This document shows, piece after piece, positions 40,011 to 55,062 of a DNA stretch of 64,000 nucleotides. The position numbers and the translations under genes are program-made. Position 1 is the first letter of the stretch. Each line of letters begins with the position of its first letter. The DNA is from Octopus vulgaris (Eukaryota): positions 91,636,001-91,700,000 of the forward strand of contig OX597820.1 of assembly GCA_951406725.2 (NCBI GenBank), in the 5' to 3' direction. Under the pieces are notes generated by a model. The model was given only the letters and a program-made list of their open reading frames with translations, was not told the origin of the DNA and did no database searches.

Positions 40011-40984
40011 AAGGATATGTATGACTTAAAAGTATATCGATACAGAAGTGGTATAGTTAGAAGTGCAAAATAGGATTTACAAATTTGTATAACCTATATT
40101 TCCGCAGCTAAATGTATATTATCCGTGCATTGAAGAAAAGATACTGTATTTATATCATGAGTCTTTGTGACCAGAATGAAGGCGATCGTTTTGAGTGGAT
40201 TCAATGTTCATAAAAGAAACCGCCACACACTCATGTCTAGGCAGCACAATATCTTGAAAGAATTATTTTGAGGAATGCCGTTTGCTTAAGACTACTATGG
40301 GCAACGTCAACAAATATATGCGCAATATATAGGGAAGAGCTGAATAGCCGTAAACGTAAGAGAACAGTACTAGCGTAGAACCAGAAGCTTTTAGCAATGC
40401 TATGAAACGCAGGTACATTTCTCTGTTCATAAAGTTTTATAAACTGATTACAACATGCTGTCCGCTTTTCACTATGTTAGTTTTAGACAGAAACAAAAAT
40501 TATTTAAAGATTTCTTACAGTGATTAATATCCACAACGTATACATTACTCAATTCTCAATAAGATTTTGCTACAGCCAGCTCTGTTTCGGAAGTTTAACG
40601 CGTGAAAGTCAGAGTCATACTTTTTTTCCAAATGTCTTCGGCTAATTTCAACCTCGGTGGTTTTTCTCACTTTTACGCTATCGATAATGATAGATATTTT
40701 TCTTAGTATGCTGTTGCCAATAGTAACTTGCTTCTGACGAAAACCAAAGAGGCTGCAATGTGCATTTAGCAATGTCATCACCGCTGGTGGACGATTGTTT
40801 TTTGCTACTGATACGTTTTTTTCTCGTTTTTAACACTGTAAGAATATAAAGGATATTAAGAGGACAGTTTTCAATGATGTATCAGCTATAAGTATTGCAC
40901 ACAAATTACAATACTTTACTCATTCGAATACCTTTTTTTCACATAGAGTTTATGTCCTACTTTACATCATTCTATTTTCATATA

Positions 40985-40988
40985 TCTA

Positions 40989-41021
<33 letters not shown>

Positions 41022-41130
41022 TTATGCATATATATGTATATATATGTGTATGTATATATATATACACATATACATACGTGCATATATACACATGTGTACT
41101 TGTGTGCGCATGTGTGTGCGCGTGTGTATG

Positions 41131-41162
<32 letters not shown>

Positions 41163-41163
41163 C

Positions 41164-41232
<69 letters not shown>

Positions 41233-41290
41233 CATATATATATATATATGCATATATATATATATATTTACTTATGTATATATATGTATA

Positions 41291-41347
<57 letters not shown>

Positions 41348-41455
41348 GCATATATACACATGTGTGCTTGTGTGCGCATGTGTGTGCGCGTGTGTATGTA
41401 TATGTGTTGTGTGTGTGTGGAGAGAGGAAGACAAAGAGAAAGAGAGAGAGAGAGT
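40985..41455. repeat. Compound TA/TG microsatellite with a duplicated ~65-bp cassette
   Basis: GCATATATACACATGTGT.CTTGTGTGCGCATGTGTGTGCGCGTGTGTATGTATATGT at ~41080 and ~41348. Confidence 0.9.
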
Positions 41456-41959
41456 AGAGATGGCAAATATACAATCGAAAAACCCTGCATCAGGTGAAGC
41501 AAAAGTACCTTTAGACGTAATTACCTGCAGCGTATCCATTCATTTAGATCCAAGGATATATATATCATGCAACGTTCTCTGCAAAATTTACTGAAAGAGC
41601 AGAGGAATACAATAGCCATAATAGCTAATCTTTTCCTTCCTATTTTCTCAGTGAATATTCACACAGCAAAATCACTGACCCTGAGACTGATATATCTAGT
41701 TGCAAGAGATTGCATACGTAAAACAAAGGAAAATGTCAATGAAGTGATCCTAGATAAAAGACACGTCTTCCCATGCCCTAATCAAGGAAGTGGCTACTAA
41801 GAAACAGGAAATGCTGAGTTGACATGTAAGAAAGACGTGCAATTTCACTATGGATTCATATTAGGTGACAGCAAGTGTATCACTCAAAGAATTCTTATAA
41901 CTACCTGTTAAGTAAAATGAATTGCCGAATTACAGTGTGATTCAATATATTTGTTGAGA

Positions 41960-42173
41960 AAGGCGGCGAGCTGGCAGAAACGTTAGCACGCCGGGCGAAA
42001 TGCTTAGCGGTATTTCGTCTGCCGCTACGTTCTGAGTTCAAATTCCGCCGAGGTCGACTTTGCGTTTCATCCTTTCGGGGTCGATAAATTAAGTACCAGT
42101 TGCGTACTGAGGTCGTTCTAATCGACTGGCACCCCCCAAAAAAATTTGAGGCCTTGTGCCTAGATTAGGAAAA
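41960..42173 (+). mobile_element. SINE family A, young-looking copy
   Basis: Consensus-like head and central domain. Confidence 0.9.
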
Positions 42174-42624
42174 AATATATATATATAATGATAAGATTGT
42201 TATTTAAATATCGATCTTATCCAGTGGCCAGCATGGGAATAAAAACCTTCAAAGGTAATAATTATTAAAATTATAATTTAGGGTATCTAAGAGATACCAC
42301 CACGCCGGAAACAGCTCCCAAAACTTGATTCTAGACCCACATTAAATGTGGATTCTTATTAGGTGACAGCAAAATGTATAAACAGTTAATGTTCTTTTAG
42401 AGTCAAGATTTTTAACCCCAAGAGAACACCTTCTCCAGCTGGTTAACGACACAACGTATGACAGATATATTGCAAGCAAGGGAGCGAACCCCTCTCCTAA
42501 TCTAGCAATTTGGCAGGAACAGGAAACAAGGCTAATTTCAGATTATTTTATGCCCATTCTCAACACTGGACACTTATTTCTCTTTAAATTGAGAGCTGGA
42601 GAGATTGACTTCCATCTCTAGCGG

Positions 42625-42689
42625 ACAGGTGTCCAGTACTGAGGATGGGCATAGAATATCCCGAAACCAGGCTGGACTACCGGTCCTGT
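42625..42689 (+). ncRNA. Hammerhead-ribozyme-like motif with intact core and atypical stem I
   Basis: CTGAGGA 42639-42645; T; stem II GGG(C)ATA/TATCCC; GAAA 42663-42666; stem III ACCAG/CCGGT; C (GUC at 42683-42685); ACAG/CTGT stem I separated from the core by 10 nt. Confidence 0.5.
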
Positions 42690-42796
42690 AAACTGCAAGA
42701 ATATGGTATGGGTTCGCACCTCTACTTGCAATATATTGAAAACGGATTGTGTCGTTAATCGAACTACAGTTATTTTATTAGTAAAATATAAAGAGC

Positions 42797-43050
42797 AAGG
42801 CGACAAGCTGGCAGTCTGCCGCTACGTTCTGAGTTCAAATTCCGCCGATGTCGACTGTGCCCTTCATCATTTCGAGGTCGATTAAATAAGTACCAGTTAC
42901 GCACTAGGGTCCATATAATCGGCTTCAGCCGTTTGTCTGTCCTTGTTTGTCATCTCTGCGTTTAGGCCCTTGTAGGTAGTAAAGAAATAGGTATTTCGTC
43001 TGTCTTTATGTTTGAGTTCAAATTCCACCGAGGCCTAGAGTAGAAAAGAA
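42797..43050 (+). mobile_element. SINE family A, internally deleted
   Basis: Matches the 1940 copy including the second partial unit. Confidence 0.85.
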
Positions 43051-43362
43051 TATTATGTATTGAACATTCATTAAAGGATCATGATTACTGTCTATTGATA
43101 ATTATTTTCTGTCATACTTATGTGTGATTTCTCTTTAGAAAAGCAGTTATATGTACCCCCACTGGAAAAGTGGCTGTTAATATTCACTCCTGATATTTTA
43201 ATAGTGTCTTCTATTGTTTAATATTTTCTAATATTCTTAAGAAGTACCTGTATGATATTTTACGTTTCCAACTATTATTAACCTATAAGTTTAAACTGAA
43301 GTTTGATTTAAATACGAAAATAACCTATATATATATATAGATATATATGTATGTATGTATAT

Positions 43363-43779
43363 TACTCTTTATACTCTTTTAATGATTTCAGTCATTTGAC
43401 TGCAGCCATGCTGAAGCACCACCTTTAGTCGAGCAAAGCGACCCCAGGACTTCTTCTTTGTAAGCCTAGTACCTACTTTATTGGTCTCTTTTGCCGAGCC
43501 GCTAAGTGAGGGTGACGTAAACACAAAAACCATCGGTTGTCAAGCGATGTTGGAGGACAAACACAGACACACAAAAATATACACAAACATACATATATAT
43601 ATATATATACATATATACGATGGGCTTCTTTCATTTTTCCTCTACCAAATCCACTCACAAGGCATTGGTCAGCCTGAGGCTATATTAGAAGACACATGCC
43701 CAAGGTGCCACGCAGAGGTAATGAACCCGGAACCATGTAGCTGGTAAGCAAACTACTTACCACACAGCCAGTCCTGCGG

Positions 43780-43780
<1 letters not shown>
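43363..43780 (-). mobile_element. SINE family B
   Basis: Colinear with the 10748 and 45664 copies. Confidence 0.9.
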
Positions 43781-43845
<65 letters not shown>

Positions 43846-43878
43846 GTATGTAAATATATACATATATATGTACATATG

Positions 43879-43916
<38 letters not shown>

Positions 43917-43928
43917 TATATCTGTATG

Positions 43929-43960
<32 letters not shown>

Positions 43961-44010
43961 CAAATATATATATATTTATATGTATATATATATATACATA
44001 TATATGTATG

Positions 44011-44055
<45 letters not shown>

Positions 44056-44165
44056 TTATATATATGTATGTATATTTATATATGTATATGTATGTATGTA
44101 TATAAATATATACATATATGTGTGTGTGTGTGTGTATGTTTGTGTGTGTGTGTATATATGTATGC

Positions 44166-44205
<40 letters not shown>
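43780..44205. repeat. Long imperfect (TA)n/(TATG)n microsatellite
   Basis: Direct reading. Confidence 0.95.
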
Positions 44206-44208
<3 letters not shown>

Positions 44209-45147
44209 ATATAACAATAGGGTCCTAGATTTGTTTACAATGGCTTATCAGGAATATTTTCATAACATTCTTGAATGTATGTAACAACAGAAATCTGAAT
44301 TAGAAATAAGTTATTTAGAAGTTTGTTATCAATAACTCTTTTAGTGGCATATTGTAGGTGTATTGATGAATTGTGCCGTAGTAACTAATAACTTCAACTC
44401 TTACGTTGGGAAACCAGCTATACAAACATCCCGATAACATCGATTTGAATGAAACAACTTAAAGTAAGGTTGTCATCGAAAACACGCAACATGCTTATGG
44501 ATGTTGACTTATTGCAATATAATGAATTCAACACATTTTGTACACCATCAAAACATCCTTGTTATTTACAAAATCAAAGAATAACAAGGTTACTCAGCTG
44601 AGCTGTGAACTGACACCGCTATGTTGAGATTTTGTTTGGATTACAAATGTCCCTATTTGTTTTGGTAGTCTCCGTAGCAGAAAGCTCCTATATATATATT
44701 TCGCAGAACATTTCGGTAAAACACACATAAATACGCTCTTATATTGCATGTTAATGCATCATATGTATTAATAATAGAGATAACAACTGTAATACTATTT
44801 AACTTGTAATAAAACATTAGATCAATCGTTAAGATAACCACTTTCCTAGGTCTATTGCTAATTAAAATATCTGACTGACGAATTTGATGTAGCAACGCTT
44901 GTGGAAATTTTGCTATCTGCCGGTTTTGTTGCCCTCCTCTCTTTTCCCCTCCCGCTTGCTCTCTTTCCACTCTCCAGCTCTCTTTCTCTGTTTCTTTCTC
45001 CCGTTCTCTCTCAGCGGTTGCCAGCTCTGTCTCTGCGAAGGATACACATGGTCCACTAACATTATTCAATCAACAAGAATAAACTATCTTATCTTTGCTA
45101 TTTGTGGTAGCCCTAGTAAATAATTTCAAGCCAACGACTATCTAGAT

Positions 45148-45461
45148 CAGTGGTTCTCAACCAGAATCCATATAAGGCTTGTGGAGATTCACAAAAGCAG
45201 ATTAGTAAATTAAGATACGTAGTTTTATATTAAGCATTTGTGAAAATATTTTGACAAATTAATGCGTGAATAACAAATTAATACACAAATTAAATTGTGG
45301 ATAACGTGATAGTAATTTTGAAAAAAATATGTCTAATATTTTTTAATAGCGAATCCTTTGGTGGAGCCCAATAAAATAAAAGTGTAATCAAAGGGGTCTA
45401 TTGATGAAAATTAGTTGGGAATCAAAGGGGTCTATTGATGAAAATTAGTTGGGAACCAGCG
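45148..45461. mobile_element. hAT-Charlie-like MITE with an internal 34-bp tandem duplication
   Basis: TIRs CAGTGGTTCTCAAC / GTTGGGAACCAGCG; 8-bp flanks ATCTAGAT / AGCAAGAT, the left matching the Charlie NTCTAGAN target preference. Confidence 0.75.
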
Positions 45462-45601
45462 AGCAAGATGTACTAACAAGGGCAAGGTATTTATACCCAT
45501 TTAGGTTACAGCCCCCCATTTTCAGACGTACTAACTGAGAAACGTCTTGTGTAATGTGTGAATTTCCTATTATATATTACACTAATCTGAAATAGCACAC
45601 A

Positions 45602-45642
<41 letters not shown>

Positions 45643-45663
45643 GCGCGCACACAGGTCTATATA

Positions 45664-46053
45664 TTACTCTTTACTCTTTTACATGTCTCAGTCATTTGAC
45701 TGCGGCCATGCTGGAGCACCGCCTTTAGTCGAGCAAATCGACCCAGTACTTATTCTATCGGTCTCTTTTGCCGAACCGCTAGGTGACGGGGACGTAAACA
45801 CACCAGCATCGGTTGTCAAGCAATGCTAGGGGGACAAGCACAGACGCACAAACACACACACACATACATATATATACATATACATATATACGACAGGCTT
45901 CTTTCAGTTTCCGTTTACCAAATCCACTAACAAGACATTGGTCGGCCCGGGAAAATAGCAGAAGACACTTGCCCAAGATGCCACGCAGTGGGACTGAACC
46001 CGGAACCATGTGGCTGGTTAGCAAGCTACTTACCACACAGCCACTCCTGCGCC
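45664..46053 (-). mobile_element. SINE family B, full length
   Basis: Minus strand begins GGCGCAGGAGTGGCTGTGTGGTAAG; CORE-like segment; AAGAGTA tail. Confidence 0.9.
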
Positions 46054-46061
46054 TATGTACA

Positions 46062-46137
<76 letters not shown>

Positions 46138-46169
46138 CATGTATATATACACTTACGCGTACGTATACA

Positions 46170-47005
<836 letters not shown>

Positions 47006-47122
47006 ATATATGCAAAACGATAGAAACCAAAAAGCCGAGACTTTCAGACGATGAATATTTTAGTACAAACTGTCATTTTTAATATATTTGATCCGCATAA
47101 TTGCACTCTCTGTCTCTCTCAA

Positions 47123-47222
<100 letters not shown>

Positions 47223-48689
47223 TAGATAGATAGATACAGACATACAGAGATAGATAAAGTTAGAAAGGGCCGGTCTGTGGGATTACATGCATACACACAT
47301 GCACACACACGACCGCTTGATGACTAGAAAAAATAGTAGGGAGATTATACGTTATTACTTGATTAAGTGAGGAATGATTTTGAGTTAGATGTACGTGAAA
47401 GGCACTCCAGTTACGGAAAACAAATTTAGCCTGTTCAGCAAATATAACTTAGACAGTTCAAGTAACGATCACAGAAAAAACAGTCCCGATATTTTAATGA
47501 CTTGCGCATACACAATGCGTGTTATTTCATATTGTAAGATAGGTAATAACGCTCGATTTTATTTCTAGAACGTAAACTATCGAATATCATCGACTTGAAT
47601 ATAATCCGATGAATCACGAAAGACACCTGTAAACCCCAGTTAAAATAATTTCCAGTCGTTTTGTGACCTTAAACTCACTTAAACTCGTGACTCAATAAGT
47701 AATGTTGTAAAAGTAAGATATCTGAAAGCATGTGCTTGATTCTAGTTCAGTTCTTCGAACAAGTAATTTTTTTTTTTAATGTTCAGAAGATAAATAAATA
47801 TCGATTATATAAAAGTAAATGTAAATTTAGGCAACATGCTATCACGCTTTATCTTCATCATTTGTTTTATTTCTCTTGGGCTGATGTATAGTTCCATCAT
47901 TTTGCAAGAAATTTTCTCATTACGTTTCCGCTAAAAATTTTAATAGTTTGTAAATGGTAAGCTATAAGAATAAATTCTTAATTCTCTTTCTTTTCTTTAC
48001 TTTTTTTTTTCTTTTCAAGATTAGTTGAGCGTAGTTTAGAAACTTTTTCTCGTGATGCTTTTTTATGGGTTTCGCTTGTAGAAATTCATGATTGTCTTTA
48101 CTGGAAGAATGTTCCTTGGTGTATGCAGTACTCTAATTATGCGTCACGTTATTCCATGAGCATGAAATAATACAACACTATTTCTAGTTGTATAGATCTG
48201 GTTTCGAAAGTAATAAAACAATTTGGACAAACTAATGATAAAAGAGAATTACCTCGTTGCAGAGACGGTTTCAGAGATTCTTTACAGAGCAGATAAGCAT
48301 TTACATTCTGCTCGGTCAACGATCTCCACTTTTGTAGAAAAGAAACCTCTGAGTGAGCCCATGATCCTTCTGAAAATTGTAATGCAATGAAATCTCTCGG
48401 TGTGAATATACAAATTCGAAATACAAATTGGTGGCACCGGTTCTTTACTGCAAAGGATTTCGTCTCTTTATGCATCAAGCATTTAGTCATAGGAGATATC
48501 ATATGAGTAACAAACCAAATTAGTTTACATTATTGCTCTTGCTAAGTTGAATATTCTTTGCTTTATCGTGTACTTTGTATTTTGCAAAAACCGATTTATT
48601 TTCAGCCAGTTTTCATTCCCTGCCTAAGGGTACAGTGCTACACTTCTAAACTGATACGTACTCATCATCCTCTCATTAGGTGTATGGAA

Positions 48690-49070
48690 ACAAGTGTAGT
48701 TCCAAACCACATGATTCCTGGTTCAGTTTCAATTCATGGCATCTTGGTCGTGTCTTCTACTACTGCCTTGGGCCGGCCAAGGCTTTGTGAGAGGATTTGT
48801 TCGACGGAGACTGAAGGACGCTCATCATATATACATGTGTGTGTGCGTATCTGTGTGTCTGTGTTTGTGCTTGTTCTCACGATACTGTTTGATATCTGGT
48901 GTCGGTCTGTTTATTTCCCAGTAACTTAGTAGTTTAGGCTAAATAACGCATATGATAATTACCGAACTTTAAGAAAAAAAAGTACTGGAGTCAATTTTTT
49001 TGGTGAGAGCATCAAAGGTGGTGCCCCGGTATGGCTGCACGCCATTTACTGAAAAAACTTGAAGATTGAA
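48690..49070 (+). mobile_element. Old SINE family B copy
   Basis: AACCACATGATTCCTGGTTCAG..GTGTCTTCTACT..GGCTTTGTGAG..GGTGGTGCCCC.GTATGGCTGCA. Confidence 0.7.
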
Positions 49071-50269
49071 AATGTTTTAAAATTTTGCTGATCTGAAAAA
49101 TGTGAATGAAAATAGTTCTAAAACTGTATTCCCATGCGAGGTTGATTCTTGTATTACGACCATGTTGCATAAAATGTAATTACAATTTTCATAAGTAGGA
49201 GGTCGGAAACTTTGGATGACTGAGAAACACTTTAAACTGGCTTTAGTTCTTGACTAGTACAACGAATTTCGATCGTAACATGGTGAAAGGCATCGCAAAC
49301 CTAATGGGATTTGATCTCGTAAAATGTCAGAATACATATCACAAACCGATTTATTCTATTCGTTCTGCCAATCTTTTGACCTTTCCAATATATGATAATT
49401 GTTTCTAAGTTAAACATAAGGCCATCATTAGTGAAGGAAGCGATTAGTCGATAGTGTCAATCCTCTGAACTCCAACGGTTCTAGTGATTTTGAAAGGGTG
49501 AAATTAATGTGGACTTCTGTGGGATTTAAACTCAGGCCGCAGCGAATACAGTGATATATTTTTGAAAGCTCTCATGATTCCGTCAGTACGACGCCTTTAC
49601 ATTGGAAGAAAAGAAAATTTAAAAGAAATGAGTTTTATCGATATCATCGACCTCAATACTTGATTGCCACTACATTTCATCTACTCTAAAAGTATGCAGG
49701 CAAAAGTAACCTCGGGAGGATTTCAACAAAGAAAGTAAAAGTTTGGGAACACTCTTAAAAAATTTGTCTGACAATAATACAATCCTTGGAGTTCACAGCC
49801 CTTACATCAAACGTAAATATAAAAGGAGTTTTGACATCGTCTGTTATATATTTCTAAACACTTTCTTTGTTGAATAATTGAACGATAGTATTTAAAATAT
49901 ACTAACCAATTATTTGGCTCTAAAATGTTCCTTTTTCAATTAGTTCTTTTGTTTCTCTTTCGTTAAAACATTCATTTTCATATAAAAACAAACAATCATT
50001 TCTTACACAACCTTACATTGTCTCAGTCAATTCTGTACATATTTTTTTTATAGATATTTTATCAATTGCATTCATATTCTGCTTAATATTGCAATCGATG
50101 TCCTGATCTTCAGTTATAGATTTATATCATGTTCCTTAGATTTTAGACCTGGATTTATAGTGGGAAACTTACAACAGTTCGTATGTACACATTTTTCTTC
50201 GTCATAAATGTTTATTTCTAGAGTTGCCCTGTGAATAATATATCATATGTGTGAGCTTAACAACTTATA

Positions 50270-50690
50270 AGACGGTGAGCTGGCAGAAACGTTACAACGC
50301 CGGGCGAAATGCTTACTGGTATTTCGTCTGCCGCTACGTTCTGAGTTCAAATTCCGCCAAGGTCAACTTTGCCTTTCATCCTTTCGGGGTCGATAAATTT
50401 AGTACCAGTTACGCTCTGGGGTCGATCTAATCGACTTACTCCGTTTGTCTGTCCTTGTTTGTCCCCTCTATGTGGACAATAAAGAAATAAGAATCGTTAC
50501 CACGCAGGTGAAAATACTTAGCGGTATTTCCTACGTTTTTTACGATGTGACCAAATTCCACCAAGTAGATTTGCCTTTCATTCTCTCGAGGTCAATAAAA
50601 TAACTACCAGTCAAGTACTGGAGTCGGCATAATTGACTATCCTCCTCCCCTTCCCCAAAACTTCAGGCCTTGTGCTTCTTGTTAAACGGA
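50270..50690 (+). mobile_element. SINE family A inserted into or fused with an older family A copy
   Basis: Consensus-like 50270-50490 followed by a more diverged unit to ~50690. Confidence 0.85.
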
Positions 50691-51544
50691 TTATTGTTTT
50701 ATTATAATATTTATGCTTACATATATCAAATTTTCCCAAAACGACAAATTTGAATACAAGAGTATATAATGGATTAACCACTTAAACGATTCAACACTAT
50801 AAAACCTGGTGAACATTAATATATTACTTATTAAGCTTGTTCCAGCTTCCCGATTACTAGTCTTTCGGTATATAATTTTCTTGAACATGTTCTATGAAAT
50901 AAATGTATCACCAGTTCAGTAATGATTTGTAAACTAGAGGTTTTCAGCCAAATCACAAATATTAAGTTTACATAAAATGTACATCTTTAACAATAGTCTA
51001 CGGATAAATTAATTTTCTCAAATATAAGAAAAAAAAACAGCAGTAACTTGATTTTAGCAAAACTTATTGACGCGTTCAGTCTAAAAATAATACGGAATTT
51101 AACTTGGTGTGAGGAGAGCTGGGGGTATTATTAAATATAAATTAGTATCTCTCCAAAACTAAATTTACAATGTTTACTAAATGTTGTTTCATTTTATTTT
51201 AATTTCATAGAATTAATAAATATATTTTATAACTAAGTTATTAAAATCAAGTTTATCTTCGAGAAAACTAAATTGGATTTTGAACTTACAGCAACGTAAC
51301 TACATTTCCATGTTACATTTCTGTGCTTTGCACTCTATGCATTCCTTTAAGTTAACCACAATGTTGTTTTTAAGTCTGTAGCCTATTTGATAATAATAAA
51401 ACAAAAAAGAATCTCATCTGATATAACGCATTTTATGAAATGAATATTTGATGTAATTTTGCTTTTTCTTAGTGTAAGAAGTTCAAATTTACATTGAATT
51501 TGTGTGGTAGCAACACATATACATAGCTCAGGCTTAGTCATACA

Positions 51545-53540
51545 CCGCTACCCGCTTCCTACAGACCACAAGATGAGAATATCGTGAAGTATTTTAAAAT
51601 GGATGCTAGATCATATTTTCTGGAGATTCTCACTAATAGCAGCCACATCTAAATCAAATGACCTGAGATCGTTGATCACGTGAACTTGCTTCCAATCTGA
51701 CCCCAGTACACGCACATATACACACCCCACTTTCAGTGCTGGCATGTTAGTCGAAGAACGCCTGGGGAAATATTTATTTCGTCTGTTTTTACGATCTGAG
51801 TTCAAATTCCGCGGACAATAATACTACCGGGGTCGATAAATTAAGCGTTTTTGAAAGGTTATACTTCTGCAGGTGTAGCACTTGGCCTTTCGCCTCTGAG
51901 TGACCACGTTGATGGGCTCCGCACATTCCAAATAAATTATGTCAGGGATCCTATGGAGGTTTTCTGCAGTCAGCAGCGTTTCCACTTACACACTTACAGC
52001 TGACCAATTTTCTTTCGGGTTGAATATCAAAGCTAGAATATTACCAGACTCATCCAGTATCATCCCGAAATACTATATGTAACTTTATCCACTCAATAGT
52101 GTTCATCTGAGGAGAACGTGTGGGAGGCCACGTTTTCGCTTCCTCTTTGCTATGGCATATAGCAAGGGCAATCCAAAATCTCTCGAACCCGTGAAATCTT
52201 GCCGGCATTTTTCTACCTACGCTAGCGTTGGCTTTTCTATGCTTAGACTTTTTAAGACAAAACAATGGATCAGATTCATTTTCAAATTAAATAACAAAGA
52301 AAGAGAGAAAAGAAAGAAAAGAAATAGAGGGGTAAACCAGCAGGATATGGAAAGAGAGTGGGTAATGGGCCACATATTCTAGAACAATTGATGTGTCCAG
52401 CTGGGCCCAGCGGTAATGGCGTTGTCACGGAGAATAGCCAGCGAACTTCACTGCAGCAGGCGCACCAACTTGCGGGTTTCATATATCCGATGGTCCACTG
52501 TTATTCCTAATAGGCAGAGGAAATCGGTAGTACTAGGTGCGGAAACACCTTACGTCGCTATGGCGACCGGAATAATCTGATATCCTCCGTTCAGGCTCTT
52601 GTGCTTATTGATTTTCTCTCCTCCACATTACAAACGGTAACACCCGGGAATGCAGCCAATGCAGAAAGGTTGGAGTCGGGAAAAAAGTATATCAATATTC
52701 TTTTTGTGATCTGATTGCTTTCGCCAAGTGGCAGAACGAGAAGATTAGGTTTTTACCTGGTATTTTCGGAAATGTTTATCAAAATCGCTGTCGAAGAATT
52801 GCTCCACCTATCTCTACTCAGTAATTTTGGCGAAAGATTCATTGGATTTTTTGTTCTTTCTCTGAAATTGTTGCTGTTGCTGCTACTGCTGTTGTTATTG
52901 CTATTGTTGTTGTTCGTAATGGAAGAAGCAACTTCATTTTCTTTCTTAGAAATTTTATTGTTGCTCTTGAAACATGGTGTTATTAATGTTATTGTTGCTG
53001 GTGCTGCTGTTGTTGCTGTTCGCTTCCATAACTTTTCTAGTCTCTTCCACTTCGAACAAGGTATTGTTTTTGATTTTTCTTTTATGTTGCTGCTGTTCTT
53101 CTTCTTGTTCATGTTATTGTTGCTGTTGTGACGGAACTATTTTGTGAGAATACTTTGTTGAAATATTCCATTTTGTGAAACATTTCAAGATCGCTTTTCA
53201 TAAAAACAAGCTTGCGGTTTGTATTTTTCTAGGAGGCAACATATCGCGTGGCGCTCATTTCACTACTTTCTGATGATGTTCTGGTGACACTCTTCACTCT
53301 CTTATCCTTTCCGAATTCCGAACGTCACCGCGTTGTTTGAAGTGTTCAATCTTACCGCCAAGGCAAGTGCCCTCCCCCAGTTGCCTTCTTTGAGTGTACT
53401 GGCGCTACGACATAGTAGGCCCGTTCTCTGAGATTCTGTTTGCCTCTCTTTTCCACTCTTCAACAACTTTGTTGGGACGTAACACTTTCCATCCCACCCC
53501 ATCTGCACTTTGATTTCAAGGGAACCGTGTCAAAATTCCA
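51545..53540 (-). mobile_element. L1/Tx1-like LINE remnant (ORF1 pieces and start of ORF2 APE endonuclease)
   Basis: Minus strand LKVGCVYVRVLG..INDLRSFDLDVAAISE resembles the APE N-terminus; upstream KAKCYTC zinc-knuckle start and Q/N/S-rich low-complexity ORF1-like sequence; small SINE A piece at ~51765-51845. Confidence 0.6.
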
Positions 53541-53544
53541 TTAG

Positions 53545-54594
53545 TTTGTCCAAATAGGCGCCCCAAGAAAAATGACGGCGCGGTTGGACCGTCGAATCCA
53601 CCGACTTTCGGAAGGCAACTGACATTTGTCCAACGAGAGTTGTGTTATGGTGTTATTTGTGGTGTTATTTTTACACCACAAACCGTCTGCAACCGTTTCA
53701 GAGAATTTGGACTACATGGACGAATCGCTAGGAAAAAGCCAATAATATCCGAAAGACATTGACTCAAACGCCTTAATTTCGCAAAAATCCATGCTCAATG
53801 GACTGCTGAAGTTTGGTGTGGGGTCCTTAGGAGTGACGAGTCACGCTTCTGTATATTTGGATCAGATGGTAAAACATATGTCAGACGTCGCCCAACCAAG
53901 GAATTCCATCCAAAATGCATGAAAAAGATGCCGCAAGCAAGGGGTGGGGGTTTGATGTTGTGGGCGGCATTTTGTAGCTTTGGTGTTGGCCCTCTAGTTA
54001 AAGTTATTGGAAAGCTAGATAGTGTAGGTTATATGAATCTACTAAAGGATAATGTTGCGCCATATTTGTCTCACCAAATGCCTCTGGGGGCTATTTATCA
54101 GCAGGACAGTAGTCCTGTGCACAAAGCCAAAAAGATTATGGATTTGTTTGATCACCATAATATTGACTTAATCGAATGTCCTTCCCAGTGCCCTGATATG
54201 AATATGATCAAGAACTTGTGAATTTTGTAATCACTTAGCGAATTCAATGCCGAGGCGTTGTTCAGCCGTTATTAAGAATAAAGGCTACGGCACAAAGTAG
54301 TAATATGTATTTCGTTCTTGCTGCTCGTTTTTGCAGCAATCTTAAGCTTTAAATAAAATTATAATGATACAGTCTTAAAGTGATTTTGCCAGTAAATTTG
54401 AAACGTTTATATTAATTTAGCATTAGAATTCTTCAAGTTGTATAAAAATGCTTATTGTCTGCATCATTCCAAAGAGAAATAAAGTTTGCATAAGGTGTAA
54501 AAGATAAAAAATAATTTCTATGGTATTAGTAACAAAATATTTTATAAGAAATAGAACGTTTATCATCGGTCTTAAATTTATTTTCGCCAGTGTA
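53545..54594 (+). mobile_element. Tc1-family (DD34E) transposon, 5'-truncated, pseudogenised transposase
   Basis: GAPRK, GRIARKKP, WTAEVW..SDESRF..GSDG..YVRR, GGGLMLWAAF, YQQDSSPVH, CPSQCPDMNMIKNL*; in-frame stops; right TIR ..TTTTCGCCAGTG|TA at 54570-54594. Confidence 0.92.
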
Positions 54595-54654
54595 TCTTCT
54601 TTTAACTATAATCCTTTAAATCTTAAGAAGGTTTTGCAGATTTTATACTCCCTG

Positions 54655-54870
54655 ATATCGTCATCATTTGTATCATATGAATTAAGGATTTGAATTTTCA
54701 ACTATATTTTGTTCCAGATGGGTTGGTATATATCCTGTTGCTCCTATAATAATGGGTATGAAGCTGAAAGTGTATCTTGGGTATTGGATTTGCAAACACT
54801 TTGTCAATGGTCCATAGATGTCGCTTTCTCTTGTATATTTCTCGCCACATTTCTCTCCATGCTTACGCAT
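54655..54870 (-). mobile_element. RLE-clade LINE C-terminal fragment
   Basis: IYGPLTKCLQIQYPRYTFSFIPIIIGATGYIP resembles the RLE C-terminus. Confidence 0.6.
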
Positions 54871-54879
54871 GTGTGTATG

Positions 54880-54913
<34 letters not shown>

Positions 54914-55062
54914 TGTATGTATTTAGCATTATATTAATTTATGAAAGTTTTACATTTTTCAAAATATTTCACTATATAAATTTTGTAATTTCTCTTTGTA
55001 TTTACTTTGGATAAATATTTTCTTTTAGTGACAAAACCAAACACATTTGTTTGTCTTTACAG

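Noticed and set aside
40895-41594. Longest ORFs in the track (YI/CV-rich, up to 200 aa), and similar ones at 28138, 43832 and 56666
   Set aside because: Translations of TA/TG microsatellites that lack stop codons; no coding signal
52715-53131. Leu-rich membrane-protein-like ORF
   Set aside because: Antisense reading of CAA/CAG low-complexity sequence within the LINE ORF1-like remnant
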